From Conidiobolus incongruus B7586 (lineage: Eukaryota): DNA of 39,327 bases. The notes beneath the pieces are model-generated. The model saw only the letters and a program-made list of their open reading frames with translations, ran no database searches and was not told the DNA's origin. Position numbers and translations under genes: made by a program. Of this stretch, positions 25,508 to 38,450 are shown piece by piece (positions within the stretch are counted from its first letter, which is position 1; each line of letters starts with the position of its first letter). The stretch is from assembly GCA_000697335.1 (NCBI GenBank), contig JNEM01013916.1, positions 1 to 39,327 of the forward strand, given 5' to 3'.

Positions 25508-28500
25508 TTAATTCGACACATTACAAAGTCCCAATAAATTTTGATCCCATTCCACTAAATTCTTGTGAGAGTAAGAAAACCCTTCAAATTTGCCAACTTC
25601 CATCATCACATTACGAGGGTCTGGATTTTGCAAAAGTTGTTGAATAGTGGTCAATTCCCAAGAATTATCCTTAAGATTGTTTTGATTTAACATAGCTAGA
25701 GATGTGGCTAAAAGTCTACGACTGTGGAGATTCTGTGGCAAGATCATTAAGGATTTTTGAGCTGATATTTTAGCCCATTCAAATTCGCCAACCAGCAAAT
25801 AAGCTTCACTTTGAACTTGGTGCAGGTACGACTTCTCCTGAGGGGTCACACCAACCTTCTGGCAATGGTCCAGAGCGCGTTCTATCAGAGTGACTGTGAA
25901 GAATGCGAGCTGAGGGTATACTTTGTTCAAGAATGCCCCTAATCTGGCCCAGTGGAAAGGACTGGTAGGGTAGAGATGTAAAGCTTTCGAGAGGGTCGAC
26001 TTGGCGTTAGTGAATTGGTTCTGGATGAGGTAGGCACAACTTGACAAATATTCCAAATGACCATAGAAATCTTCTGATCGGGATTCTAAACTGGTTTTGG
26101 TTATTTCGTCAAGTGCTGCAGTTGTGAGGGTGAAGTCTTTGTCAAGGATGCCCATCGCACATAGACCAAAGAGAATAGGGAGGGTTTGGGATTGGTTACG
26201 GACACAATCTAACAGTTGCTCCTTAGCAATAGATCTCTTATTCAATGCCCACACCACCTGAGCCATGAGAAGACGAGCGTCACGTATCAAAGCTTGGTGA
26301 CCAGCTGCAAGAATAAGAGCATGATCAAACTGAGCGAAACTGCTTTGGAGGTTCTGATTATAAAAGTACGCCAATCCCAGTCCCAAATAAGCACGTGCCT
26401 GGTCCTGCGTATTTCCGGGATCTTTGCGCTTTTGATTCAGAGTATCTGCATCCAAGTACATTTGGATAGAGTCTGAATACTTGCCCAAACTGCACAGGAT
26501 ACGAGCATAGTTGATCATCAATGAAACGGTATAATTAATAGGTTTCTTACTCTTGTCAGCATTGATTTGCTGGATACCTATCTGCAGCATCACTGCAGCT
26601 TTCTCGTACATTTCCAAGCGCTCCAAGTACAATGCCAACAAATTGTACGCTAATGGTTTATTCTGAATCAATTCGACATACTTGCTCATGGAAAACATTC
26701 CCGAATTCAATTGGTCCAAACTCAGCATGCTAGTCTCATTCTTCGTATTTTGGAATAGCGCTTCAGCATATTCCAAATAAACTTGGGAAGACTGTCCCTC
26801 ATTGATATTATAAGCGTGGGTTGCCAATTCTAACAAGTCCGTCGAATTCAAACTCTTAGCGACTAGAGTCTGACCCAACCAAGCGGAAACATACTCGGGA
26901 TCAAGACGTTGAGCATGCACGAATGCCTGGTTAGCTAAATCGTAATCCATCTGCATCAAGCACAGGTACCCATAGTTTGTGAAGGGAATGTGATTCTTAG
27001 GCTGTCTTAAAATAGCTTGAACGAAAGCATTTCGACTCATTTTGGGATTGGTTTTCATCGAGATCAACCCCAGTAAATTCCAGTTAAGGAAATTATCGGG
27101 TTGGTAACGTAGTGCCAATTGAATAGATTTTGATGCCAATTCTAAATACAGTGTTAAATTAGTATTCGTGTGGTCTTGGAAGAAGTGGCACGAAGCGTAA
27201 GCAAACGATACTTTATACAAATAGTGACTCAAAAATTCAGGTGTCGGTCCATTATAAATCATCGTGACGTAACGATAGCACAACACACTAGTCAGCAAGC
27301 ATAAATGAATTAAATCAGCTTGAGAATGCGTTGACTTCTGCAGCAGATTCTCAACAATTTCCAAATCTTGTTTGAGAATATCAGTACTACGCTTAAAAAT
27401 TTTGCTGAGTTCGGTAATTTGATTGAAGATAAAATGACAGAAATTCACTTTGGCTGGAATGATGTAACTTCCTACTAATCTTAACATTAATAGCAAATCT
27501 CCAGTGATTTCCCAAAAGATTTCGATGTTACTATGGTTAGATAGGATGGTTTGAAGTAGTTCAAAAGCTTGGAGGCAGGTCTCCACCATCTTGCCATATA
27601 ATCCTTGATTGAACTCTTGCTGAGCCTGATAAGTGTAGCACTCCAAGATACTCTTGTAGCATGGGAGCTGATAAATGCTCAAATTCTCGGGATCTTGCTC
27701 CAAAGCCACAAAAATACTGTTGAGAGAATCGATAGCAATGTTATAGTCTCCAACCTTCATAGATACGAGGGCGATATAGTAAGAACAGGTGTAAGCGTTG
27801 GGATCGAGCTTGAGCCCGCGTCGGAATGCTTTTAACGATGCCATATACCGACCTTCGTAGAAGTACGCTTCGCCCAAACCTTCCCAAATGATAGGATCCT
27901 TATTGTCAATTCTTAAACCGTTTTGGAAGCTGGTGATGGCACTAGGGTACTCCTTGGAGCTCAGTTGTAAAAATCCCAATTTGCACCAACCCCAGCTTGC
28001 GTTGGGTACTGATTGGGTAGCCAACACGACCAAGCCTTGAGCAAATTCCAGGTCGTCATCCATGATGGATAAATCGTAAAGGTCTGTGATGGCATTCAAA
28101 TTGGAAGATTGTAAACTAATAGCTTTCTGATAGCACTTCTTAGCTCTTTCCCTATCACTTTCCACACACAAGTAAAAGCGACCAAGGTAGAGGAATGTGT
28201 CGGAGTGGTTGGGATTCAATTTAGCAGCTTGAATCCAACATGTCATAGCATAAGATCTGTCTGTGGCGTAGTTGCCACCCATCTCCCAGTAGACTCTACC
28301 CAATCGATAAAATGTCATACCTTCATTGGGATTCAATTCAATAGATATCTTTAATTTTTCAATAGCCGATTCGTAATCCTTCTTGGAAAAGTACACCCAT
28401 CCCAGAGTACTCAGTAAAAGTGGATTGTTGGGATCTATTGCCAATCCCTGTTTCAAATGCTCCAAAGCCAAATCGAACTGGTGGGATTCCATCAAGTAGT

Positions 28501-29791
28501 TGCTAAGGCCTTGGAGTGCGCGAATACTCGACGGCGACTTTTCGATCACCTTGACGAATAAAGGATACGCCAGCTGGTGGAACTTGTTCTCCATCTTGAG
28601 GTAGGAGTTAGCCATGGTCAGTTGGGCAGATTCCCACACCCTGGAGAGATCGTAGTCCGTGGATTTGGTGCAGCTGGTGACCTTGTCCAGGAGGTTGGAG
28701 CAGAAGTACTGGCATTCGTTGTAAAGTTCGCATTGGAATGTCAAATAGGCCATTGTGTGTAGATAGAAAATGCTGTTGCTGAGAGTATTCTTGAAACTCA
28801 GGAGTTGATCTAGTGTGATTTGATCATTACCATTCTTAAACTGAGTATACGCTTGTAGGAATTTGAAGAAATCGGAGTCGCTCTCGAGTGTTAAACTGTG
28901 GTTGATGATGTCTTGGTCATAGTTGTCAGGGGAGAGTACATTCTGGTACTCCAATTCGATTTGGTAGGGTAGAAAGTAAGGAGATCCTGTTGAGATACAA
29001 TATTTGGTGAGTTCCATCATTTTCTGGAATCGGATAGGCAGATCTGTTGGAATATTAATAGAGATGCATTTATGAAGGAAAGAAAGGTAGTTTTGGTTGA
29101 TTTGTAAATTTTCTTCAAGTGACAATTGGTCATTTACTTGGAAGAATCTCTCATAAACATCCTCCAACTTAGACTTTGATAGCACTTCCACCATCACCTT
29201 CTTTTTAATAGTTTCCAAACTATCGGACGTAAGACATCTCCTTCTACTATCATATAACTTATTTATCGTCGACTCGTCGTAATCCTCCTGAAATTTCTGC
29301 ATCTTCCTCAAAATATCGATCTGATTGGGCAATTCCGGTAAATCCTTAATCGCATCATATATGGGACTATCGGGTAACTGTAACATCAATGTATTCATAT
29401 ATCCCTCGCTATCCACATAGTCCTTGGAATATATGGTCAACAATTTGTCAATCGTTTCCAAAGCTTTCGCACCCATGCCATTCTCGCAATAAACTGTTAT
29501 CAATTTGGAATAAGTCTCGCACAATGATTGCAACGCACCAATACTGGAATACAAATTACACAAGCCCTGCCATGCTAGGGGTGCTGTCGGATTCAGATTA
29601 GTAGCTTTTTTGTAAGTGTTTTCAGCATTCTCCACCTGTTTCAAATTCAAATAAGTTAGACCTAAAAATACAAGTGCTGTATAATTTTCAGGCTCCCACT
29701 CTAAAATTTGTTTACAGGTATCCAAAGCTTGGTCGTAGTCTTTGTCATTAATGTATTCTTTGGCTTTTTTTAGCCATGATTTGGTACTCAT
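25508..29791 (-). CDS. SKI3: Superkiller complex TPR subunit Ski3/TTC37, 1427 aa, intronless
   Basis: N-terminal LKKAKEYINDKDY...EPENYTALVFLG...LAWQGL; RAKKCYQKA; WEGLGEAY...GRYMASLKAF; TPR repeats throughout; length is typical. Confidence 0.93.
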   Translation of the reverse strand: MSTKSWLKKAKEYINDKDYDQALDTCKQILEWEPENYTALVFLGLTYLNLKQVENAENTYKKATNLNPTAPLAWQGLCNLYSSIGALQSLCETYSKLITVYCENGMGAKALETIDKLLTIYSKDYVDSEGYMNTLMLQLPDSPIYDAIKDLPELPNQIDILRKMQKFQEDYDESTINKLYDSRRRCLTSDSLETIKKKVMVEVLSKSKLEDVYERFFQVNDQLSLEENLQINQNYLSFLHKCISINIPTDLPIRFQKMMELTKYCISTGSPYFLPYQIELEYQNVLSPDNYDQDIINHSLTLESDSDFFKFLQAYTQFKNGNDQITLDQLLSFKNTLSNSIFYLHTMAYLTFQCELYNECQYFCSNLLDKVTSCTKSTDYDLSRVWESAQLTMANSYLKMENKFHQLAYPLFVKVIEKSPSSIRALQGLSNYLMESHQFDLALEHLKQGLAIDPNNPLLLSTLGWVYFSKKDYESAIEKLKISIELNPNEGMTFYRLGRVYWEMGGNYATDRSYAMTCWIQAAKLNPNHSDTFLYLGRFYLCVESDRERAKKCYQKAISLQSSNLNAITDLYDLSIMDDDLEFAQGLVVLATQSVPNASWGWCKLGFLQLSSKEYPSAITSFQNGLRIDNKDPIIWEGLGEAYFYEGRYMASLKAFRRGLKLDPNAYTCSYYIALVSMKVGDYNIAIDSLNSIFVALEQDPENLSIYQLPCYKSILECYTYQAQQEFNQGLYGKMVETCLQAFELLQTILSNHSNIEIFWEITGDLLLMLRLVGSYIIPAKVNFCHFIFNQITELSKIFKRSTDILKQDLEIVENLLQKSTHSQADLIHLCLLTSVLCYRYVTMIYNGPTPEFLSHYLYKVSFAYASCHFFQDHTNTNLTLYLELASKSIQLALRYQPDNFLNWNLLGLISMKTNPKMSRNAFVQAILRQPKNHIPFTNYGYLCLMQMDYDLANQAFVHAQRLDPEYVSAWLGQTLVAKSLNSTDLLELATHAYNINEGQSSQVYLEYAEALFQNTKNETSMLSLDQLNSGMFSMSKYVELIQNKPLAYNLLALYLERLEMYEKAAVMLQIGIQQINADKSKKPINYTVSLMINYARILCSLGKYSDSIQMYLDADTLNQKRKDPGNTQDQARAYLGLGLAYFYNQNLQSSFAQFDHALILAAGHQALIRDARLLMAQVVWALNKRSIAKEQLLDCVRNQSQTLPILFGLCAMGILDKDFTLTTAALDEITKTSLESRSEDFYGHLEYLSSCAYLIQNQFTNAKSTLSKALHLYPTSPFHWARLGAFLNKVYPQLAFFTVTLIERALDHCQKVGVTPQEKSYLHQVQSEAYLLVGEFEWAKISAQKSLMILPQNLHSRRLLATSLAMLNQNNLKDNSWELTTIQQLLQNPDPRNVMMEVGKFEGFSYSHKNLVEWDQNLLGLCNVSN

Positions 29792-29931
29792 TTTACTACT
29801 ATTGGAATGATTTTAATATTTGGTTATTTAGATAACTTATTTTATGAGTTTGTTCTGGATTAAATTTTATCATTTTAAATTAGTGACATTTTTGAGAATT
29901 TATGAAGTCATCAATTCTTAAAATAAAAAAT

Positions 29932-29938
29932 ATGGGAT
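29932..29938 (-). promoter_or_regulatory. ATCCCAT promoter motif (SKI3)
   Basis: Sense-oriented, 141 bp upstream of the ATG. Confidence 0.6.
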
Positions 29939-30119
29939 CACCTGTAAATTAAACATGAAATCAAAATTATAAAAAAACAAGATATTTAATGTTGAATAAT
30001 AGATAATCAAAAACATTGGTGGTTATGCATGAAAGAAATGGATTCGAAAAAAAATAAATTATAAAATTATTGGTAATGGAAATAAAAATCAAAGATTCAA
30101 TTTTGTTTTGAATCATTGT

Positions 30120-30190
30120 GCAATTGTGGTTTAGTGATACAATTACCACTTGCCAAGCTGTAGACTGGTCTTCGAATCCCCATCATTGCA
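30120..30190 (+). pseudogene. Degenerate tRNA-Gly(GCC) gene
   Basis: GCAATTG-TGGTTTAGTGATACAAT-TACCAC-TTGCCAA-GCTGTA-GAC-TGGTC-TTCGAAT-CCCCA-TCATTGC-A, a 71-nt tRNA-Gly layout with mismatches in the acceptor, D, anticodon and T stems. Confidence 0.75.
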
Positions 30191-30809
30191 TTTATTAAAA
30201 CCTAGGGATTATTATTTACAATTATATATATTTGATTTTTCTATATTAAATTTACTTATTGGTACTCTTTTTTTATCCCATCCATATTTTTGATGTATGT
30301 TGAATAATATGTTTGATTGTTTAACTTTAAATGTTATCATATATTAAATCTATAATTTTGGTTTGTTATCTTTAGTTTCAATACAAATTCAACAAATTAT
30401 TTGTGAATTGATCTCGTTTACAGTTTTTTCATAGATTTATTATTTTTATTTAACGTACAAATAAAATAAATTATATATTTTTAAAATCAATTTAATTGAA
30501 ATATTCTGCAATGCATAACAATAATTTTATTTCATCTGTTTTAGAATATATGAGATATCCAAATTGAAAGTTTTTGAATTATTTTGAATAGTTTTGCTTG
30601 AAATATATTGACCAGTTAATCAGCCTTATGCATCATTTAATTTCTGATAATATTATTATTCTAAACATCATATATAATATCTTTTAAATATTACACAATT
30701 CACTTTCAAAATTGGTATAATCTTATTTCAAGAAATTTTGAAATAGAGCCAAAAATCGTTATTCTTATCAAATCAAATTATTTTGATTATTGAACAATTG
30801 ATTTGATGA

Positions 30810-30816
30810 ATCCCAT
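30810..30816 (+). promoter_or_regulatory. ATCCCAT promoter motif (RVB2)
   Basis: Sense-oriented, 134 bp upstream of the ATG; variant ATCCCAA at 30825-30831. Confidence 0.6.
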
Positions 30817-30949
30817 GAATTCAGATCCCAATCCAAATTTATTAAATACTCCAAATTATTTGATGTAATTATAATTATTTACAAATATTCACTCTCAATT
30901 AAAAATTTAATTTAATTTTTATTTTATTATCATATAAATTTTAAAAAAT

Positions 30950-32620
<1,671 letters not shown>

Positions 32621-32686
32621 TTAATTCATAATAAAACATATTCTTTATTAATTTTTAATTTGCAATTTTTCAACTAAACAAATTCT

Positions 32687-33760
32687 TTAATAGTGTTCTG
32701 ACTGAACTAAAGCAGATGATGGAAAGTGTTCAATAGCCCTCGAATTTTGAGAATATGCGAGAGAGGAGGGAGAATCTCGATTAACTGATGAATTAGGTCG
32801 ATTAGGAAAATTCTCAAAGAACAAAACATGCTTCACCTCGCGAGGTTCTCTAGATTGTTTAGATTCGTAAAATCTAAAAAAACTGGAAACATTAGCCAAT
32901 ATCGTGGCCAAAATCAATCCCAAACTCAAAATTATCAAGGTTTTCAAATCCATAGAATTGAAGAATTGATTGATCAACTTCATTATGATTTCCACCCAAA
33001 TTTGTGTCCTAATCACCTTCAAGTAACTTGAATCTAATTTTGGCGCTAATTTATCACAGACTTTTTTAAGATCATCAGCATCGAGTGGTACGTCGTGACA
33101 ATTCGAATTATACTGACTTCTATACTCTTCTTGTTTTCTTAATTTTTCCAACCAATGAGTTTCATACACTATCTTGTAGTCTTGATAAAATTGGTAAATT
33201 AGACCCAATAAAATTGGTAGGATAATTAATGTCAAGATTGATTTTAAATTGAGGTTGATATAATTGGGTATCGAAGTAATAAATAAATATAATTTGGAAA
33301 TAAAACTTTTATAATTTATATTGAAGTTGGACTGCTTTGGCGGTGCTGTCAAAGGCTCCAATTCTTCATTCACAATTTTCTATTAAAAAAAGATTATTAT
33401 TCGTTTTGGGAATATATAATAATAAAAATTATTACTTACCAATTTGTCATCAATTTCCTTTTCTAAATTGGTATCCAATGCTCGCTCGCTTGTATTTTTA
33501 TTATTCTCACTATTATTTTTATTAAGTCGACTCCTAAACAATTTGGGCTGGTTTTGATAATATTTAGAATTTGTAAATTGTATTAAGTTAGGGTTGTCAG
33601 GTATTGGAAAAGCTATAACCAAATATATTAATAATTAAAAGTAAAAATTAAAAATGTAAATACCTTGGTCTGGAGACGTATCCCAAACAGCTTTTCTTCT
33701 AAATCCGCTGGGATCATCTACTTCCATAATACCTCCGTTAGATCTATTTGAATATGACAT
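32687..33760 (-). CDS. Divergent Brr6/Brl1-like membrane protein (paralogue B); exons 33760-33664, 33612-33440, 33379-32687
   Basis: TM, FYQDY, coiled segment, YRSQYNSNC...LKKVC, then R.QIWVEIIMKLINQFFNSMDLKTL and a second TM. This is Brr6/Brl1 architecture with only two Cys. Two GT-AG introns keep the frame. Confidence 0.72.
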
Positions 33761-33856
33761 ATTGACTATTAAAATTAATTAAATTTAAAGGAATAAAGTT
33801 GAATTTTTGATTCGTTCATATTATCAATCAATCAAGATTGCATTGAACCCAATCTA

Positions 33857-33863
33857 ATCCCAT
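33857..33863 (+). promoter_or_regulatory. ATCCCAT promoter motif (TRM6; within a 181-bp divergent promoter)
   Basis: Sense-oriented for TRM6, 79 bp upstream of the ATG. Confidence 0.6.
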
Positions 33864-33941
33864 AAATATTATTTAAGCCAAAAATTTAATAAAAATCATG
33901 AAACTTATAATGAATAAAAATTTGGATTAAAAAAAATAGAG

Positions 33942-35692
33942 ATGACATCTAATATAATTAAACACGAAGATCAATTAATTATTCAATTACCTAGTGGTAA
34001 TTTAAAATTGGTTACTGTTAGAGCTGATAGGTATTCATATTATCAAAAAATACTCTTGTTATATATTAAGCGTGATTTAGTTTAATTGATTTGGGGAAAT
34101 TTGGCAAATTTCAAAGTAACGATATTATTTCTAAACCTTACGGTTACAGCTATAAAATTGAAAAGAATAGAGCTTTAATTACCAAAAAAGACCATGACTT
34201 ATCCGAAGTTGGTAATATTTTTATACCTATATATGAAATAATAAGTTCTTGAATTAATTTTTTTTTGAATAGAGGAAACTTCAGCCAACAATCAAAATAT
34301 TAAGGCTAATCCCGACAATCAAAAATTAACATTTGAAGAAATTGAAAGTATGAAAGCTAATATTGAAAGTGGTGAGACCAGTCATCAAGTAAGTGTTTAC
34401 AATGAATATGTACAATATAATCAATTGAATTGATATGGTTAGGATATTTTAAATGCCATAATTGCCAATCATTCTGAATTTGATAAAAAGACAGAATACT
34501 CAAAGGCTAAATATATTAATAAGAAGAAGAAAAAGTAAATTTTATATATTATTCAAAGTATAAATGATTAATTTTGATGAATTAGATTTAATAATATTTT
34601 CACTCCTTTGGAACCCAATCACTATAATATTTGTCAATTTTTCTTCGATAAAAATCCTTCTAAAATTCGGTAATTTATATTGTTAAATTTATATTTGATT
34701 AAATTATTAATTGATTATTGAAGTGAACTTAGAGTTGATACATTATCCCAAATTTTAACATCAGCCAATATTCACGCACAATCTAAAGTGCTAGTAGTTG
34801 ATGATACTCAAGGTTTAATCGTTGGTTCAGTAATGGAAAAATTAGCTGGTAAATCATACGTTTCATTACTAAAATCTGTAATATTCAATAATTTTTATAG
34901 GTTACGGAAAAATTGTAGCAATTCACGAAGCCGAATTCCCCAACTATGACATTGTAAGATACTTTAACTTCCCTCAAAGTTATCACGATAGTTTATTCAC
35001 AATATCGTGGGATAAATTGAATGAAAGTTACCAAGGTAAATTACCTAATTTAACATATAAAAATTTATTTTAATAAAAAATATTAGAACCAGTTCCTGAA
35101 AAACCGGAAACTGAAGATGAAACATTAACCAAGAAATATGCTAGAAAAATGGCTAAATACGAAGAATTTATCAAAAAAAGAGGAGAGATTTACGATGGAA
35201 ATTTTGATTGGTAATTATTTTACCTCTTATTTTTATCGATAGATTATTGATTTTTTTGATAGTTTGATTATCAGTAGTTTTATCAATCCTTGGTCCATAA
35301 TTTCTAAGCTTAAACAATTTATCGGTCCTTCTAGACCTATTGTCGTGTATAATCAATACAAAGAGGTAATTTTACGATTCATTATCCAATTCGATGTATA
35401 TTGAAACAATTCTTAGCCTCTTACCGCTACCGCCGCTCATTTAATGGCGAGTGATGAATTTATCTATACGCAGCTTTCTGAAAGTTGGTTAAGACATTAT
35501 CAAGTAATATGACCATCATAATTTTTCAACAATTTAATTAAAAAATATTAGGTATTACCAGGAAGAACCCACCCCGATATGTCGATGTCTGCTACTGGAG
35601 GCTACTTACTCTCCTGTATTAAAGTCATTCCCAATCCCGAAATTGAGCCCATTACCTCAGGATTAACTAAACGTCAAAAACATAACTTTTTA
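33942..35692 (+). CDS. TRM6: tRNA m1A58 methyltransferase non-catalytic subunit Trm6/Gcd10; 11 exons: 33942-34030, 34081-34211, 34273-34388, 34443-34534, 34586-34669, 34724-34848, 34901-35035, 35087-35210, 35263-35365, 35417-35503, 35552-35692
   Basis: Absent from the ORF track. The spliced translation gives IDLGKFGKF..IISKPYG, FDKKTEYSKAKY, LRVDTLSQIL..ANI, VVDDTQGL, PSRPIVVY and SESWLRHYQVLPGRTHP..GGYLL. Confidence 0.93.
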
Positions 35693-35968
35693 AAATCTTA
35701 AATCCGAATAGAACTTTTAATAATTCAAATACTTTAATAGTTATTCATAGAACAAGTTTAGATCACAATTTCTCATTAAAAAATATAGTGAATATTGTAG
35801 AACGTAACATTCATTTTTGATATTATTTTATATTTGAATTTTCAAAATATTTTTATAAGAAATTTATTGTAATTCTCATTTTTAATTTTAACTAACTGTA
35901 TTAATAAAGTAAAAATTTTTTAATTTTATGTTTGAAATTAAATGATTGAATATTAAGTGGAAAATTCA

Positions 35969-35975
35969 ATCCCAT
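35969..35975 (+). promoter_or_regulatory. ATCCCAT promoter motif (LCP5)
   Basis: Sense-oriented, 80 bp upstream of the ATG. Confidence 0.6.
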
Positions 35976-36054
35976 AATTAAATAACCAGAATAAAATTAT
36001 TATATAATGATTTAAAGAATTTTATTACATTGATATATAATTAGATAAACAAAA

Positions 36055-37172
36055 ATGACAACGGAAAATAAAGAACAAGAATCGTCACAATTAAATATTA
36101 AGAAAACTCTTGAAACGATTTCGGGCCAGGTTAAATTAATTTCTGATAAATTAAATAAGGATTTTGAAATGTAACATAATACTAACTTTATCCTAATTTG
36201 ATTTTATTAATTTTTTCTTTTTATAGTTTTAAAAATGGCACTAAACCTATGGAATTAGGTATCAGTTTATTAGATACAAAACCACATTTATTATTAGAAT
36301 ATATCACTTTATTAAGTTATTACTCTCTGTTAAAATTGACTAAAACCGATATTAAAAATCATCCTGTCGTATTAAAATTAATTAAAACCAGAGCTTATTT
36401 GGAAAAAATTAAGCCTTTGGAAACTAAGATGAAGTATCAGATCGACAAATTGATTAAGGCAGCTTCAGTCGATTTGAATAATGTTGACCTGACTACCGAT
36501 GATCCTTATATGTTCAAACCCAACCCCAACTTGTTGGTTCAAGATGATGAGGATGAAGGTGAAGACCAAGGTAAGGAAGAGGGAGATGGGCTTTACAAAG
36601 CCCCAAGAATTGCACCCATGCCTTACGACGACAATCCCGGATACTCTAAGGAGCAAAGGAGTGAGCAGCGTAAGAAGGAGAAGGCAGCACGCTCGCGAAT
36701 GCTTCGCGATTTGGCCAATCAATATTCTGAAGGGCCCGAGCGGGAAAAGGTTATTGGTACGATGAATTTGGAGGATGACGACCGCGAGTTGATGGAGCGC
36801 GAGACGTACGAAGAGGAGAACTTCATCCGTCTCACTACGACCAAGAAGCAGAAGAAGCGCTTGGAGCGTCTTAACCAGCGCTCTCTCCACAACGAGCTCC
36901 TCGATTTCGACGACTTCCACGGCTCCGGCAAGATGGCAGAACTCGACCAATCTAACAAGCAATCCTCCCTCTCTAGAGCCAGACAGTTCACTAGGGACAG
37001 TGATGACGATGACGACGGCTTCGGCCCCGTCGGTAAGAAATCTAAGAGAAAGCACGATCGTCTCGATAATATTATTAGTGATGGATTCGACAATCCTCAA
37101 ATTTCCAACTCGAAATTCTCGTCTGCTAAGCGTAGTATGAGAAAGAAGTTGAGTAAGAAGAAAAGACACTAA
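36055..37172 (+). CDS. LCP5: U3 snoRNP protein Lcp5/neuroguidin (Sas10/Utp3/C1D family); exons 36055-36170, 36227-37172
   Basis: GISLLDTKPHLLLEY, LEKIKPLETKMKYQIDKL, FKPNP, GLYKAPRIAPM, ERETYEEENFIRL, basic tail; intron 36171-36226. Confidence 0.92.
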
Positions 37173-38164
37173 TCAGTATTCAATATGTACATCTATCCGA
37201 TTAATATAATATTATAGAATTTCTAATATATCATCAAATTTTCAATTATTTTGTAATTCATACATATTTTATGCATTAATAAAACCTATTACTATTGAAT
37301 TTTAAATAAAAAATTTCAATAATGCCTCAATCTAACAATCCAATTTTAACTACTATCTCCGTTTCAAAATACTTAAACTCATTTTGGAAATTTTCAGAAC
37401 TATTAATTTTAATAATATGTCAAATAATCAATTTTTTGCTTGAATATATAAGATAAATGTATTCGATTAACAATAATCACTTGAATTGTGATTTTAAATT
37501 TGTAAATATTCATTAATTTGTAATAAAATAATTAATTAACTATAAAGAAATGAATATTTATATGTTACTGTGTTTCATATTAACATTTAAGTACAGAGGA
37601 GGAAATCTGTAATAAAATTATAATAAATAGAAAATTCAAACTTTTAAATAAATTAAATGTTTGAATTGAAATTAAAACAATTATGATAATTTGTTACTAA
37701 TAAATATGATAACATCATTATATTGATCTTTATTTCAATTGTTTATCATTAAAAAATAGTAATTTGTTAAATTCCTTTGTATTCGATACATTCAGAGCAA
37801 TTTCAAATAGACAAATAAAGTATAAAATACAATCATCACCAAAGATTTTTTGTGTCATATATTATGATTTAGGGCAATTGGATTAATATATTAAGGAAAA
37901 TAAAATCATTGTGAAAAATACTTTTATAGTAGATATTTACTATATTAGCAAAATGACTATTGGATATGCGTTGGAGTTTTGTCATACTGATACTTTATAT
38001 TAAAATTTAGCAATTCCTATTGGCTAGTGTTTTTTGATTTCTTTTTTTTGGCCCAAATCTGTGGTGGTGGTAATAAATAATTAATGAGCTCTTCATTTAA
38101 TGCATTTTTTAAAAACTGACTATAAAAGAATGTATCTACAATAACAAAAAATTTAAAACAAATA

Positions 38165-38237
38165 AGAGCTCAGTCGGATTTAAACCCAACGACCTATCGA
38201 TCTGCGGTCGATTGCTCTATTACTGAACTATACGCCC
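38165..38237 (-). pseudogene. Degenerate tRNA-Cys(GCA) gene
   Basis: Minus strand GGGCGTA-TA-GTTC-AGTAATA-GAGC-A-ATCGA-CCGCAGA-TCGAT-AGGTC-GTTGG-GTTTAAAT-CCGAC-TGAGCTC-T. The cloverleaf is intact, but D-loop GG>AA, TTC>TTT in the T loop, U33>C and an acceptor mismatch are present; T-runs follow downstream. Confidence 0.85.
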
Positions 38238-38246
38238 TTGAAATAC

Positions 38247-38450
38247 TGTAGGGGTTATTAGCTCTTGGAGCCTCACCGAGGACGCTGATAAAGCCATTAT
38301 GCAGGCGAGGTTGTGAAGCATGGCATCTACTAACTGGTGTAAGCTAGCGATAATCAGTTCTCTAGCTATCCTGCCATGATCACTTGTAAACGGAGAGTTG
38401 TCAAGAGCGACTAGACCAGTAGCAGCGGCGGTGGCGTTAGGATCCGACAT
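38247..38450 (-). pseudogene. Putative gag N-terminus starting inside the solo LTR
   Basis: ATG at 38450 opens 68 codons (MSDPNATAAATG...) that run off the LTR end without a stop; the stop at 38220 lies within the tRNA sequence. Confidence 0.4.

Noticed and set aside
26216..29601. Plus-strand ORFs antisense to SKI3
   Set aside because: Shadow ORFs in GC-richer coding DNA.
36465..37169. 234-aa antisense ORF over LCP5
   Set aside because: Explained by G/C-ending codons on the sense strand; no domain evidence.
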